Shown here: piece by piece, positions 20,235 through 29,345 of the stretch
Position numbering within the stretch: the first letter of the stretch is position 1
How the letters are laid out: every line of letters starts with the position of its first letter
Assembly: GCA_963815115.1 (NCBI GenBank)
Contig: CAWFFN010000012.1
Span: forward strand, 32,001-96,000
Direction of reading: 5' to 3'
DNA length: 64,000 nt
From: an uncultured delta proteobacterium
GTDB taxonomy: Bacteria; Desulfobacterota; Binatia; DP-6
Notes under the pieces: generated by a model
Seen by the model: only the letters and a program-made list of their open reading frames with translations
What the model was told of the DNA's origin: nothing
The model's database searches: none
Position numbers and translations under genes: made by a program

Positions 20235-21376
20235 CCGCCGTGCCGCCGGTCGCGTTCGGCGCGGATGGCTGCCACCTCCTCGGTGAGATCGATGCCCACG
20301 GGGCACCAGGTGATGCAGCGGCCACAGCCGACGCACCCGGAGGTGCCGAACTGGTCGATCCACGAGGCGAGCTTGTGCGTCAGCCACTGGCGGTAGCGGT
20401 CGTGGATGCGCGGGCGGAAATTCTTGCCGTGGATGTGGGAGTGCTCCAGGGAGAAGCACGAGTCCCACTGGCGAACCCGCTGGCTCATGTTGCCGTCGAG
20501 CTCGGTCTGATCGACCACCGTGTGACAGAAGCAGGTGGGACAGACCATGGTGCAGTTCGTGCAGGAGAGGCAGCGCTGGGCGACGTGGTCCCAGCGCGGG
20601 CTCTCGGCCTCGTCGTAGAGCAGCCCGGGAAGGTCCGAGGTGTCGAGGCGACGCTGCATGCTCGCGGCGCAGCTCGCGATGCGCGCCCTTGCCTCGGCGG
20701 CCTCGGCCGCGGCCGGCGTCTCGGGCACGAGGGCTGCAAGGATCGCGTCGCCTGCCGGCGACCCGCTCTCGACCAGGAACGCGTCCTCCAGCTCGGTCAG
20801 CGCGAGGTCATGGCCGCGGGTGGCCTCGGGGCCGGTGCCCATCGACGTGCAGAAGCAGGTCGCCGCCGCGCGCGTGCAGTTGACGGCGATCAGCACGACG
20901 TGCTCCCGGCGGGCGGCGTAGTGGGCGTCGCGGACGCGATCGTGCAGGAAGATGCGGTCCTGGACGGCCAGCGCCGCGAGATCGCACGCTCGCACCCCGA
21001 TGAAGGCCAGCGGCGCGGGAGAGGGCATCACCTCGTCGACGACGAAACCGCGCCGCTGCTTGCGCACCTCGAGCAGCGGCTCCTCCGGCGCGAAGAACGA
21101 CGGCTTCAGCGACCCGGGCCCGTTGACGACGCCGAAGACCTCGCCCGCGACGCCCGCCACCAGCCGGTAGCGGCCCGGTTGCTGCTGCTCACGCAGCCCG
21201 ACCGGCAGGTCCGCCACCTTGCGGACCTCGTCGAAGACGACGCCGCCGTCGCGGGGCACCGGACCGAGGACGCGGAAGCCTCGTTCCCAGAGGTGCTCGA
21301 TCAGGTCCTCGAGCCGCGCTTTCGCCAGCCGCCACACCGTCCGGGATCGATCGTCGTTCTCGGTGGGGGAATTCAT
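20231..21376 (-). CDS. Group 3b hydrogenase beta subunit (4Fe-4S dicluster)
   Basis: GVRACDL, CFC, CLSCTNCTMVCPTCFC, WDSCF, GCVGCGRCITWCP. Confidence 0.92.
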   Translation of the reverse strand: MNSPTENDDRSRTVWRLAKARLEDLIEHLWERGFRVLGPVPRDGGVVFDEVRKVADLPVGLREQQQPGRYRLVAGVAGEVFGVVNGPGSLKPSFFAPEEPLLEVRKQRRGFVVDEVMPSPAPLAFIGVRACDLAALAVQDRIFLHDRVRDAHYAARREHVVLIAVNCTRAAATCFCTSMGTGPEATRGHDLALTELEDAFLVESGSPAGDAILAALVPETPAAAEAAEARARIASCAASMQRRLDTSDLPGLLYDEAESPRWDHVAQRCLSCTNCTMVCPTCFCHTVVDQTELDGNMSQRVRQWDSCFSLEHSHIHGKNFRPRIHDRYRQWLTHKLASWIDQFGTSGCVGCGRCITWCPVGIDLTEEVAAIRAERDRRHGG

Positions 21377-21523
21377 GGTGGCCCGCGTCGGCGCACTCTA
21401 TACCATATACCATTCGCGAATCGTCTCGAACACGAAGAGAGCCCGTGTGGTGTGGCCGTCGGCTGCCCTCCTTGACCCGACTCGGACCGTACGGGGATAA
21501 GCTCACGGAGTGGTACGGCATAG

Positions 21524-24217
21524 ATGATGGAGAGTCGCGCCGCAGCTTCCTATTCCGCCATGGCCGTCCTTCGCGACGGCGGCTCGATCTTCATTCGCGA
21601 TCTCCGGCCGGATGACAAGGCGCGACTCCTGGCTCATTTTCAGGGGCTCAGCCCGGAGGCGCGCTATCTTCGCTTCCATGCCGTGAAGAAATCGCTCAGC
21701 GTTGGCGAGCTGCGCGAGTTCACCGAGCTCGACTTTCCGTGTCGGGCGGCGCTGGTCGCGACCCTCAGCCACGACGGCGACGAGCGCATCATCGGCGTCG
21801 CGCGCTATACGGTGGACCCGGAGGCACCCGAGCGCGCCGAGGTCGGCTTCGCGGTACTCGACGAGCACCAGGGGCGCGGCGTCGGCACGGTTCTCCTCGA
21901 GCATCTGGCGACCATCGCCCGCGCGAACGGCATCACGGAGTTCGAGGCCTACGTGCTGGGAGAGAACAACCGGATGCTGCACGTCTTCGCCGACAGCGGC
22001 TTCACGGCGAAGCGCTCGCTCGAGGGGGGCGTGTTCCGGGTCGCGTTTTCCACCGAGGCGACGACGGCCTACGTGGAGGCGCACGACCGGCGCGACCGGC
22101 ACGCAGCGGCGGAAAGCCTCCGCTTCGTGCTCGAGCCGCGTGCGGTCGCCGTCATCGGAGCCTCGCGGGAGCCCGGCTCGATCGGTTCGGCACTGGTCGA
22201 GAATCTCGCGCGCTGCGGCTTCCGGGGGCCGATCTATCCGGTCAACCCGGCGGCGCGGGAGATCGCGGGCCTGCCGGCGTACCCCAGCGTGGGCGCGATC
22301 GGGAAGCCAGTGGATCTCGCGGTGATCGCGGTTCCCGCCGTGCGCGTCGAGGAGGTCGTCGCGGAGTGCGCGTGCGCCGGGGTGCACGCCGTGGTGGTGA
22401 TCTCGGCGGGGTTCGCGGAGGTGGTCGGCTCGGGACGCGCGGCGGAGGCGCGGCTGGTCGCCCTCGCCCGCGGCTCGGGCATGCGGATGGTGGGCCCCAA
22501 CTGCATGGGCGTGCTGAACACCGATCCCGCCGTGTCGTTGAATGCCACGTTCGCGGCCACCTGGCCGCCCGCGGGCAACATCGGGATGTTCACGCAGAGC
22601 GGTGCGCTCGGCCTGGCGATCCTCGACTACGTTCGCGCGCTCAACGTCGGCATGTCGAGCTTCGTCTCCGCCGGCAACAAGGCCGACGTGTCGGGTAACG
22701 ACCTCCTGTCGTACTGGGCCGAGGATCCACGGACCCGCGTGATCGTCCTCTACCTCGAGAGCTTCGGGAACCCGCGGAAGTTCGCCCGTGTGGCCCCGGC
22801 GGTCGCCCGCGAGAAGCCGATCGTCGTCGTCAAGTCGGGCCGCTCCGCGGCGGGATCCCGGGCCGCGTCCAGTCACTCGGCCGCGCTGGCGAGCCTCGAC
22901 GTCGCGGTCGATGCGCTCTTCGAGCAGGCCGGCGTCATCCGCACCACCACCCTCGAGGAGCTCTTCGACGTCGCGGTCCTGCTGTCCACCCAGCCGGTGC
23001 CCGCCGGGCCCAAGGTCGGGATCGTCACCAACGGCGGTGGCGCCGGCATCCTGCTCGCGGATGCATGTGCCGCCCACGGCCTCGGCGTCCCGTCCCTCGC
23101 CGACCCGACCACCGCCGCGCTGCGCAGCTTCCTGCCGCCGGCGGCCGCCGTGGGCAATCCGGTCGACATGATCGCGTCGGCGACGCCCGAGCAGTTCGCG
23201 CGCGCCATCGAGATCCTCGGCGCCGATCCCGCGGTGGACGCCCTGGTCGTGATCTACGTCCCCCCCAACGTGACGGACCCGGAGCAGATCGCGGCGGCCA
23301 TCGCGCGCGGCGCCGGGACGATCCCGTCGCACAAGCCGGTTCTCACCGTCTTCATGTCCGCCCGCGGCGCGCCCGCGCTCCTCGGCTCGGGTCCGCGCGG
23401 CCCGCTGCCCTCCTACACCTTCCCGGAGAACGCGGCGCAGGCGCTCGCCGCCGCGGAACGCTACGGCCGCTGGCGCGACCGCCCCCGGGGAAGCGCGCTC
23501 AGCCTCGGGCGCTTCGAGCGCGAAGCCGTCCGTGCCGTCGTCGACCGCGTCCTCGCCAAGGCGGCCGGGCCGGTGTGGCTGGAACCGGACGACCTGTGGA
23601 CGATGCTGCGCGCGGCGGGCATCGAGTTCGCGGCCAGCGAGCTCGCCCGACCCGACGAGGCAGCGGCGACCGCGGAGCGCCTGGGCTACCCGCTGGTCGC
23701 CAAGGCGGTCGCGCCCGGACTCGTCCACAAGAGCGACGTCGGTGGCGTGATCCTCGGCCTCGACTCGGCTGCTGCGGTGGAAGCCGCGGTCCAGACGCTC
23801 GCTGCCCGGCTCGACGCGGTCGACCTCGCGCTCGAGCGCGTGCTCCTCCAGCGCCAGGTCGAGGAGGGGATCGAGGCACTCGTCGGCGTCACGACCGACC
23901 CGACCTTCGGCCCGCTGCTCGTGTGCGGCCTTGGCGGCGTGCTGGTCGAGCTCCTCCACGACGTCGTCTATCACCTGACGCCGGTGACGGACGTCGATGC
24001 CACCGCCATGATCGCCAGGCTGCGCGCGGCCCGGCTCCTCGATGGCTATCGCGGCCAGCCACCCGGCGACCGCGAGGCGCTCGCACTCGTCATCCAGCGG
24101 GTCTCCGCGCTGGTCGAGGCGGTCCCCGAGATCCGCGAGCTCGACCTGAACCCCGTGAAGGTGCTCCCGCCCGGTCGCGGGGCGATCGTCGTCGACGGGC
24201 GGATGCGCCTCGGGTGA
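21524..24217 (+). CDS. GNAT + NDP-forming acyl-CoA synthetase fusion (Pat/Acd family)
   Basis: N-terminal GNAT (QGRGVG); CoA-binding AVIGAS; GPNCMG; QSGAL; GNKADV; ASSH (phospho-His site); ATP-grasp HKSDVGGV, DLNPV. Confidence 0.9.
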   Translation: MMESRAAASYSAMAVLRDGGSIFIRDLRPDDKARLLAHFQGLSPEARYLRFHAVKKSLSVGELREFTELDFPCRAALVATLSHDGDERIIGVARYTVDPEAPERAEVGFAVLDEHQGRGVGTVLLEHLATIARANGITEFEAYVLGENNRMLHVFADSGFTAKRSLEGGVFRVAFSTEATTAYVEAHDRRDRHAAAESLRFVLEPRAVAVIGASREPGSIGSALVENLARCGFRGPIYPVNPAAREIAGLPAYPSVGAIGKPVDLAVIAVPAVRVEEVVAECACAGVHAVVVISAGFAEVVGSGRAAEARLVALARGSGMRMVGPNCMGVLNTDPAVSLNATFAATWPPAGNIGMFTQSGALGLAILDYVRALNVGMSSFVSAGNKADVSGNDLLSYWAEDPRTRVIVLYLESFGNPRKFARVAPAVAREKPIVVVKSGRSAAGSRAASSHSAALASLDVAVDALFEQAGVIRTTTLEELFDVAVLLSTQPVPAGPKVGIVTNGGGAGILLADACAAHGLGVPSLADPTTAALRSFLPPAAAVGNPVDMIASATPEQFARAIEILGADPAVDALVVIYVPPNVTDPEQIAAAIARGAGTIPSHKPVLTVFMSARGAPALLGSGPRGPLPSYTFPENAAQALAAAERYGRWRDRPRGSALSLGRFEREAVRAVVDRVLAKAAGPVWLEPDDLWTMLRAAGIEFAASELARPDEAAATAERLGYPLVAKAVAPGLVHKSDVGGVILGLDSAAAVEAAVQTLAARLDAVDLALERVLLQRQVEEGIEALVGVTTDPTFGPLLVCGLGGVLVELLHDVVYHLTPVTDVDATAMIARLRAARLLDGYRGQPPGDREALALVIQRVSALVEAVPEIRELDLNPVKVLPPGRGAIVVDGRMRLG

Positions 24218-24220
24218 TCC

Positions 24221-25255
24221 TCACCGGGCGTCGCGCCGTGCCATCAGCTCGAGCAGGTCGACGCAGCGCGTGGCGTACCCCGCCTCGTTGTCGTACCAGC
24301 TCACCACCTTGAAGAAGCGGCGGTTGAGCTGGATGCCCGCAGCGGAGTCGAAGATGCTGCTCCGCCGGTCGCCGACGAAGTCGCTCGACACCACCTGCTC
24401 GTCCGTGTAGCCGAGGATGCCCCGCATCGGCCCCTCGGCCGCTCCCCGCATGGCGGCGTTGATCTCGGCCAGATCGGTGTCGCGCGCGCTCCGGAAGGTG
24501 AGGTCCACGACCGACACGGTCGCCGTCGGAACGCGCAACGCCATGCCCGTCAGACGCCCCTTGAGCGCCGGGATGCACAGCGTGACCGCCTTGGCGGCGC
24601 CGGTGCTCGCCGGGATGATGTTCAGGTAGGCGTTCCGCCCGCCCCGCCAGTCCTTCTTGCTCGGTCCGTCCTGCGTGGGCTGCGTCGGCGTGACTGCGTG
24701 GACCGTCGTCATGAGGCCTTCCTCGAGCCCGACGCTCTCGTGGAGCACCTTTGCCACCGGCGCGAGGCAGTTGGTCGTACAGCTGGCGTTGCTGATGACG
24801 CCGTGCTTCGCAGGGTCGTAGGCGTCGTCGTTGACTCCCAGGCAGACGGTGGGCACCTGGGCCGGGTCGCTCTTGGTGGGCGCCGAGATGACGACCCGCT
24901 TGGCTCCCGCCTTCAGATGGCCGCTCGCCTTCTCGAGATCGGTGAAGAGCCCGGTCGATTCGAGCACGTAGGCCACTCCCTCGCTCTTCCACGGCACCTC
25001 GGCCGGATCTCGAACCGAGAAGACGCGGGTCTTCCGTCCGTCGACCGCGAAGCCGTCACCGGTGACCGTGATCTCCGCCGGCCTGCCGGCGAGTCTGAAC
25101 GGCCCTTGCATGGTGTCGTGGCCCAGCAGGTAGGCCAGGTTGTCTGCGGGGACCAGATCGTTGACCGCCGCGACCTCGAGGCCCCGTTCGCTCGCGATGC
25201 GGTGGACCAGGCGCCCGATGCGCCCGAAGCCGTTGATGCCGATACGGATCGCCAT
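24221..25255 (-). CDS. gap: Type I glyceraldehyde-3-phosphate dehydrogenase
   Basis: [36 protein letters not shown]. Confidence 0.96.
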   Translation of the reverse strand: MAIRIGINGFGRIGRLVHRIASERGLEVAAVNDLVPADNLAYLLGHDTMQGPFRLAGRPAEITVTGDGFAVDGRKTRVFSVRDPAEVPWKSEGVAYVLESTGLFTDLEKASGHLKAGAKRVVISAPTKSDPAQVPTVCLGVNDDAYDPAKHGVISNASCTTNCLAPVAKVLHESVGLEEGLMTTVHAVTPTQPTQDGPSKKDWRGGRNAYLNIIPASTGAAKAVTLCIPALKGRLTGMALRVPTATVSVVDLTFRSARDTDLAEINAAMRGAAEGPMRGILGYTDEQVVSSDFVGDRRSSIFDSAAGIQLNRRFFKVVSWYDNEAGYATRCVDLLELMARRDAR

Positions 25256-25272
25256 GATGCTCTCCTTCCTAC

Positions 25273-25950
25273 CTATGCCGGCGTGGGGGCGCGCAGACCG
25301 CCGGCCGCCTCCCTGCGCGCGAAGAACCACTGCTTCACCACCTCGACCGCGACGAGGTAGACGGCCGTCATCGCCGCGATGATGGCGTAGAGCCCGATGG
25401 GCGGCTGCACGAACCCGAACGCCCGCCCGATCGGCGTGAGCGGCAGAAGCGCCGCGATCGCCACGACCGCGAGCGAGGTCGCCGCCAACCACGGACTCGG
25501 GATGCTCCGCCACGGGCGGCCGCGCGTGCGGATGACGAAGATCACGAGGATCTGGGTCGCCATCGACTCGATGAACCACCCGGTCTGGAACAGCGCCTCG
25601 TGCGCGTGCAGCCAGAGGATCAGGAGGGCGAAGGTCGCGAAGTCGAAGACCGAGCTCACCGGACCGATCGTCCACATGAAGTCGCGCACGAACCGCATGT
25701 CCCACTGCCGCGGGCGGGCGACCTCGCCCTCGTCCACCTGGTCCATGGGGATCGGCACCTCGGAGACGTCGTAGAGCATGTTGTTGAGCAGGATCTGCAC
25801 GGGCAGCATGGGCAGGAAGGGCAGGAAGACCGCGGCGGCGGCCATGCTGAACATGTTCCCGAAGTTGGAGCGCGCGTCGAGATCCGCGAGGGTGCGCCCG
25901 AGCGGCGTGCACCACCAGGCGTCTTCCGGCTCGGGGAGCGCGTCGGCCAT
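25273..25950 (-). pseudogene. Internally deleted MgtA-like P-type ATPase (first ~27 aa fused in frame to C-terminal TM region)
   Basis: SNFGNMFS...[18 protein letters not shown]...FQTGWFIES...FVIRT is the MgtA C-terminus; no DKTGT, TGES or GDGxND; only 225 aa. Confidence 0.8.
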
Positions 25951-26029
25951 CGCGTCCTCGCCCTGGCCAGCCCCGAGACGGCTCCAGCGGCCCGGCCGGT
26001 GTCGAGGCCGGGTCGCGCTGGCGCCGGCG

Positions 26030-27493
26030 TCAGCCGCCACCTGGCACCGCCGCGCCGGCGGCCGCAGGTTCCGGCGCGTGGCTCGCGGCATCTCGCAGCA
26101 ACGCGAACTCCGCGTCGACCGCGTCCACCAGCTCGTGGAGATCGGGGACGGCATCCCAGTCGGCGTTGAATCCCCACTCCACGCGGCCATCGTAGCTGAA
26201 CAGCGCGACTCCGAGCGCCTGGTTCGGGAAGAGGGGGACCAGGGGATGGCAGGCGACCATGCGCGCGCCCTCGACGTAGACCGGAAACTGCGGACCCGGC
26301 ACGTTCGTGACCACCAGGTTGTAGGGCTGCGCACGCGCCGCAAGCCGGGCGAACTGGGTAAGCAACGTCGTGAAGGTGCGATCGCTCAGCTCCTCCAGCG
26401 TCTGCATCCCGAGTGCCTGCTGCGATTGCTTCGCCGCGCGCGTCTCGGCGACCACGCGCTCCAGCCGCCGGCAGGGGTCGCGCTCGTCGAGCGGCAGGCG
26501 GGTCACCAGCATCGCCACCCGGTTTCCCAGCTCCCGCCGGTCGGCATCGCTACGAACGTTCACGGGCAGCATGGCGCGGAAGTCCATCCCGTCGACGGAG
26601 ATGCCGCGCCGGCGCAGGAAGCGCCGGAGCGCTCCCGACAGGACGGCCAGGACGACGTCGTTCACGGTGCCGCCGAGGCGCGCGCGGATGGCGCGCATCT
26701 CGGCCAGCTCCATGGTGGTCCAGTCGAACCGCCGGTGGGGCCCGATCTCGACGTTGAACGGCGTCGGCGACGAGGCGGAGACGCCGGCGCCGACGGCCTC
26801 GGCGATCGCGGTCAGGGCGCCCGCCGCGCGCGCCAGCGTGGCGCGGGGCGCGCGCACCGTCTCGCTCGTGGTCGCGAGCACGCTCAGCGGGGCCACGCCG
26901 CGATGAGAGAGCTCGTCCATGAGCAGCCGGAAGCCGCCGGGCGCCGGGCGGGGCAGCCAGCGCGGTGGCGGCTCCGCGAGGGCCGGATCGGGCTCGGGGC
27001 TCGGGCGCATGACGGAGGCCATCAGCTCGACGCTGCCCACGCCGTCGATCATGCAGTGGTGCACCTTCGTTATGATGGCGAATCGCCCCTCGTCGAGCCC
27101 CTCGACCACCCACATCTCCCAGAGCGGCTTCCCGCGATCGAGCTGCTGGGACATCAGGCGGCCGGCGAGCCGTTTGAGCTGCCGCTCGTCGCCCGGCCGC
27201 GGCAGATGGGTGTGGCGCACATGGTAGGCGAGGTTGAAGTGGGCGTCATCCACCCACACGGGATGGTCGAACAGCGGCACCCGCGCGATGCGCTGGCGGT
27301 AGCGCGGCATGCGATGGAGCCCGGCCTCCATGAGCCCGCGCACCCGCTCGATCTCGACGCCGCCCTCCCCGGTGCCGAGCGGCCCGGGCTCGAAGATCGC
27401 GACCGAGCCGATGTGCATGTGGCTGCTGGGATCCTCGAGCGCGAGAAAGCTCGCGTCCAGGGCCGAGAGGCGATCTGCATGTGTGTACGGCAT
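26030..27493 (-). CDS. Wax ester synthase/diacylglycerol acyltransferase (WS/DGAT) #1
   Basis: LSALDASFL, LDRGKPLWE, HHCMIDG, TVNDVVL, GNRV, VTNVPGP. Confidence 0.93.
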   Translation of the reverse strand: MPYTHADRLSALDASFLALEDPSSHMHIGSVAIFEPGPLGTGEGGVEIERVRGLMEAGLHRMPRYRQRIARVPLFDHPVWVDDAHFNLAYHVRHTHLPRPGDERQLKRLAGRLMSQQLDRGKPLWEMWVVEGLDEGRFAIITKVHHCMIDGVGSVELMASVMRPSPEPDPALAEPPPRWLPRPAPGGFRLLMDELSHRGVAPLSVLATTSETVRAPRATLARAAGALTAIAEAVGAGVSASSPTPFNVEIGPHRRFDWTTMELAEMRAIRARLGGTVNDVVLAVLSGALRRFLRRRGISVDGMDFRAMLPVNVRSDADRRELGNRVAMLVTRLPLDERDPCRRLERVVAETRAAKQSQQALGMQTLEELSDRTFTTLLTQFARLAARAQPYNLVVTNVPGPQFPVYVEGARMVACHPLVPLFPNQALGVALFSYDGRVEWGFNADWDAVPDLHELVDAVDAEFALLRDAASHAPEPAAAGAAVPGGG

Positions 27494-27502
27494 GGGAGGG
27501 AT

Positions 27503-27518
27503 AGCACGCGGCATGCCC
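27503..27518 (-). promoter_or_regulatory. sigma54 promoter
   Basis: GGGCATG-CCGC-GTGCT; predicted +1 ~27492, coincident with ATG 27493. Confidence 0.55.
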
Positions 27519-27558
27519 CCCGGCGGGAGCCCATGGACGAGAATCGACCGCGTGCCCG

Positions 27559-27574
27559 TTCTCAGTCCTCGGAA
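27559..27574. promoter_or_regulatory. Putative bEBP UAS centred between divergent promoters
   Basis: TTCTCA-GTCC-TCGGAA; 74.5 bp from both predicted +1 sites. Confidence 0.68.
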
Positions 27575-27614
27575 TGGGATGCCCCGGACGTTCGCAGCGT
27601 CAACGCGGCGGCCA

Positions 27615-27630
27615 TGGCACGGTGCCTGCT
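27615..27630 (+). promoter_or_regulatory. sigma54 promoter of ACAD-synthase-ACC-PPTase operon
   Basis: TGGCACG-GTGC-CTGCT; predicted +1 ~27641, ATG 27649. Confidence 0.7.
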
Positions 27631-27648
27631 CTTCAGGCGCGAGCCGAA

Positions 27649-29325
27649 ATGGCCCTCGATCACGAGACGCTGGACGCGAGCATCGCGGCCCTTCGCGAGT
27701 TCGCGTCGCGCAGGCTCCCTGACGGGATCCTCCTCGATCTCGATGCCCGCGACGAGTTTCCGGGCGATCTGATCCGGGCGATGTACGGTCCGGAGCTGGG
27801 CATCCACCTCTTCTTCATTCCCGAAAACCATCACGGCATGGGGGCCAGCGCGTTCGATCTCTCCCGTATCTGTGAAGAGCTGGCCCGCATCGACCTCGGA
27901 ATCGCGACCGGTGTCCTGGCAACCTTCCTCGGCAGCGAGCCGCTCCGCGTCGGCGGTACGCCGGAGCAGCAGGCCCGCTGGATGACCCGCATCGCCGACG
28001 AGGGCCTGTTGATGGCCTATGCCGCGACCGAGCCGGCGGCGGGCAGCGACCTGGCAGCGCTCCGCAGCACTGCGGCGCGGGTCGAGCGGGACGGCGTCGT
28101 GGTCGGCTACCGGATCACGGGCAGCAAGCAGTGGATCAGCAACGGCGGGGTCGCCGATCTCTACTGCGTCCTCGCCAGCGCGCCTGGCGGTCCGTCATGG
28201 TTCGTGGTCGAGCGCGGTGTCGATGGGCTGGCGCAGGGCAAGCCGGAGGACAAGCACGGCATCCGCGCCAGCAATACCGCCGCGCTCACCTTCGAGGACG
28301 TCTTCGTCGACGCGGACCGGCTGATCGGAGGCGTGGAGGGGCAGGGGCTGCTCCAGGCCCAGGCGGTGTTCGGCTACACCCGGCTGATGGTGGCCGCTTT
28401 CGGACTGGGTGCCGGGTGGGCGGCGCTCGACCGCGCGATTCCCTACTCGACGCAGCGGGTCCAGGCCGGCAGCCCGCTCAGCGAGAAGCAGGGCTATACC
28501 CACAAGCTCATCGTGCCGCACGTGGTCCGCCTGGAGGCGGCACGCGCCTACATCGAGGAGGTCGCCACCCGCCTTGACGCCGGCGGCGGCACGCTCATTA
28601 CAGAGGGTGCCATCGCCAAGTATCTCGCCACCGAGGCCGGTAACGCAGCGGCGGATGCCTCCATCCAGGCGCTCGGCGGCTATGGCTATACCCGCGAGTA
28701 TGTGGTCGAGAAGATCAAGCGCGACGTGCGCATCACCACAATCTACGAAGGCACCTCCGAGATCATGGAGATGACCATCGGCCGCGACCGCTGGCAGGAG
28801 CATCTGAAGACGCGCGGTGAACACTATCATCGCGCGGGCCGCGATCTGGAGGCCCTGCACGGCCGGCAGCCGGCGGTGGGCGCCGGCATGGCGGCGCTCG
28901 CGCTCCACGCCCTCGCCGAGGTCCTCGAGCGGGCGCGGCTGGCCCGCCTCACCCGCCACCAGCACGTCCTGCTGCGCCTGGGCGAGCTCATCGCTCACGC
29001 CGAGTGCTGCGCGAGTGCCGCGGGCCGGGCCGCGGCCGCGGCCGCGGGGACCCTCGACCCCCGTGCGCACGTCCGCTTCGACGCCGCCACGCAGGCCGCG
29101 ATCGCCCGGATCTACGCCCGGGAGACGGCGCTCAGGATCGCGAGCGACGGCCTCCGCCTGGTCTGCGGCGCGAGTCCGAACGGCGCCGCCGAGGCCGGTC
29201 CGCTCGCCGCCGCGCTCCGGCTGCCGACGATCCACGCCGCCCAGGCAGGGCTGCTGGTCGATCTCGGTCTGGTCGCGGATTCGCTCTACGGGCGGGGCGG
29301 CGTGCCGGCCCAGGCAACCGCCTGA
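27649..29325 (+). CDS. Acyl-CoA/acyl-ACP dehydrogenase with C-terminal helical extension
   Basis: [43 protein letters not shown] (catalytic Glu). Confidence 0.9.
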   Translation: MALDHETLDASIAALREFASRRLPDGILLDLDARDEFPGDLIRAMYGPELGIHLFFIPENHHGMGASAFDLSRICEELARIDLGIATGVLATFLGSEPLRVGGTPEQQARWMTRIADEGLLMAYAATEPAAGSDLAALRSTAARVERDGVVVGYRITGSKQWISNGGVADLYCVLASAPGGPSWFVVERGVDGLAQGKPEDKHGIRASNTAALTFEDVFVDADRLIGGVEGQGLLQAQAVFGYTRLMVAAFGLGAGWAALDRAIPYSTQRVQAGSPLSEKQGYTHKLIVPHVVRLEAARAYIEEVATRLDAGGGTLITEGAIAKYLATEAGNAAADASIQALGGYGYTREYVVEKIKRDVRITTIYEGTSEIMEMTIGRDRWQEHLKTRGEHYHRAGRDLEALHGRQPAVGAGMAALALHALAEVLERARLARLTRHQHVLLRLGELIAHAECCASAAGRAAAAAAGTLDPRAHVRFDAATQAAIARIYARETALRIASDGLRLVCGASPNGAAEAGPLAAALRLPTIHAAQAGLLVDLGLVADSLYGRGGVPAQATA

Positions 29326-29345
29326 CGGAAAGGCGGGGAGGATCG

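Noticed and set aside
21472-21503. sigma70-like TTGACC...TAAGCT upstream of the GNAT fusion
   Set aside because: The 20-bp spacer is too long for a confident call.
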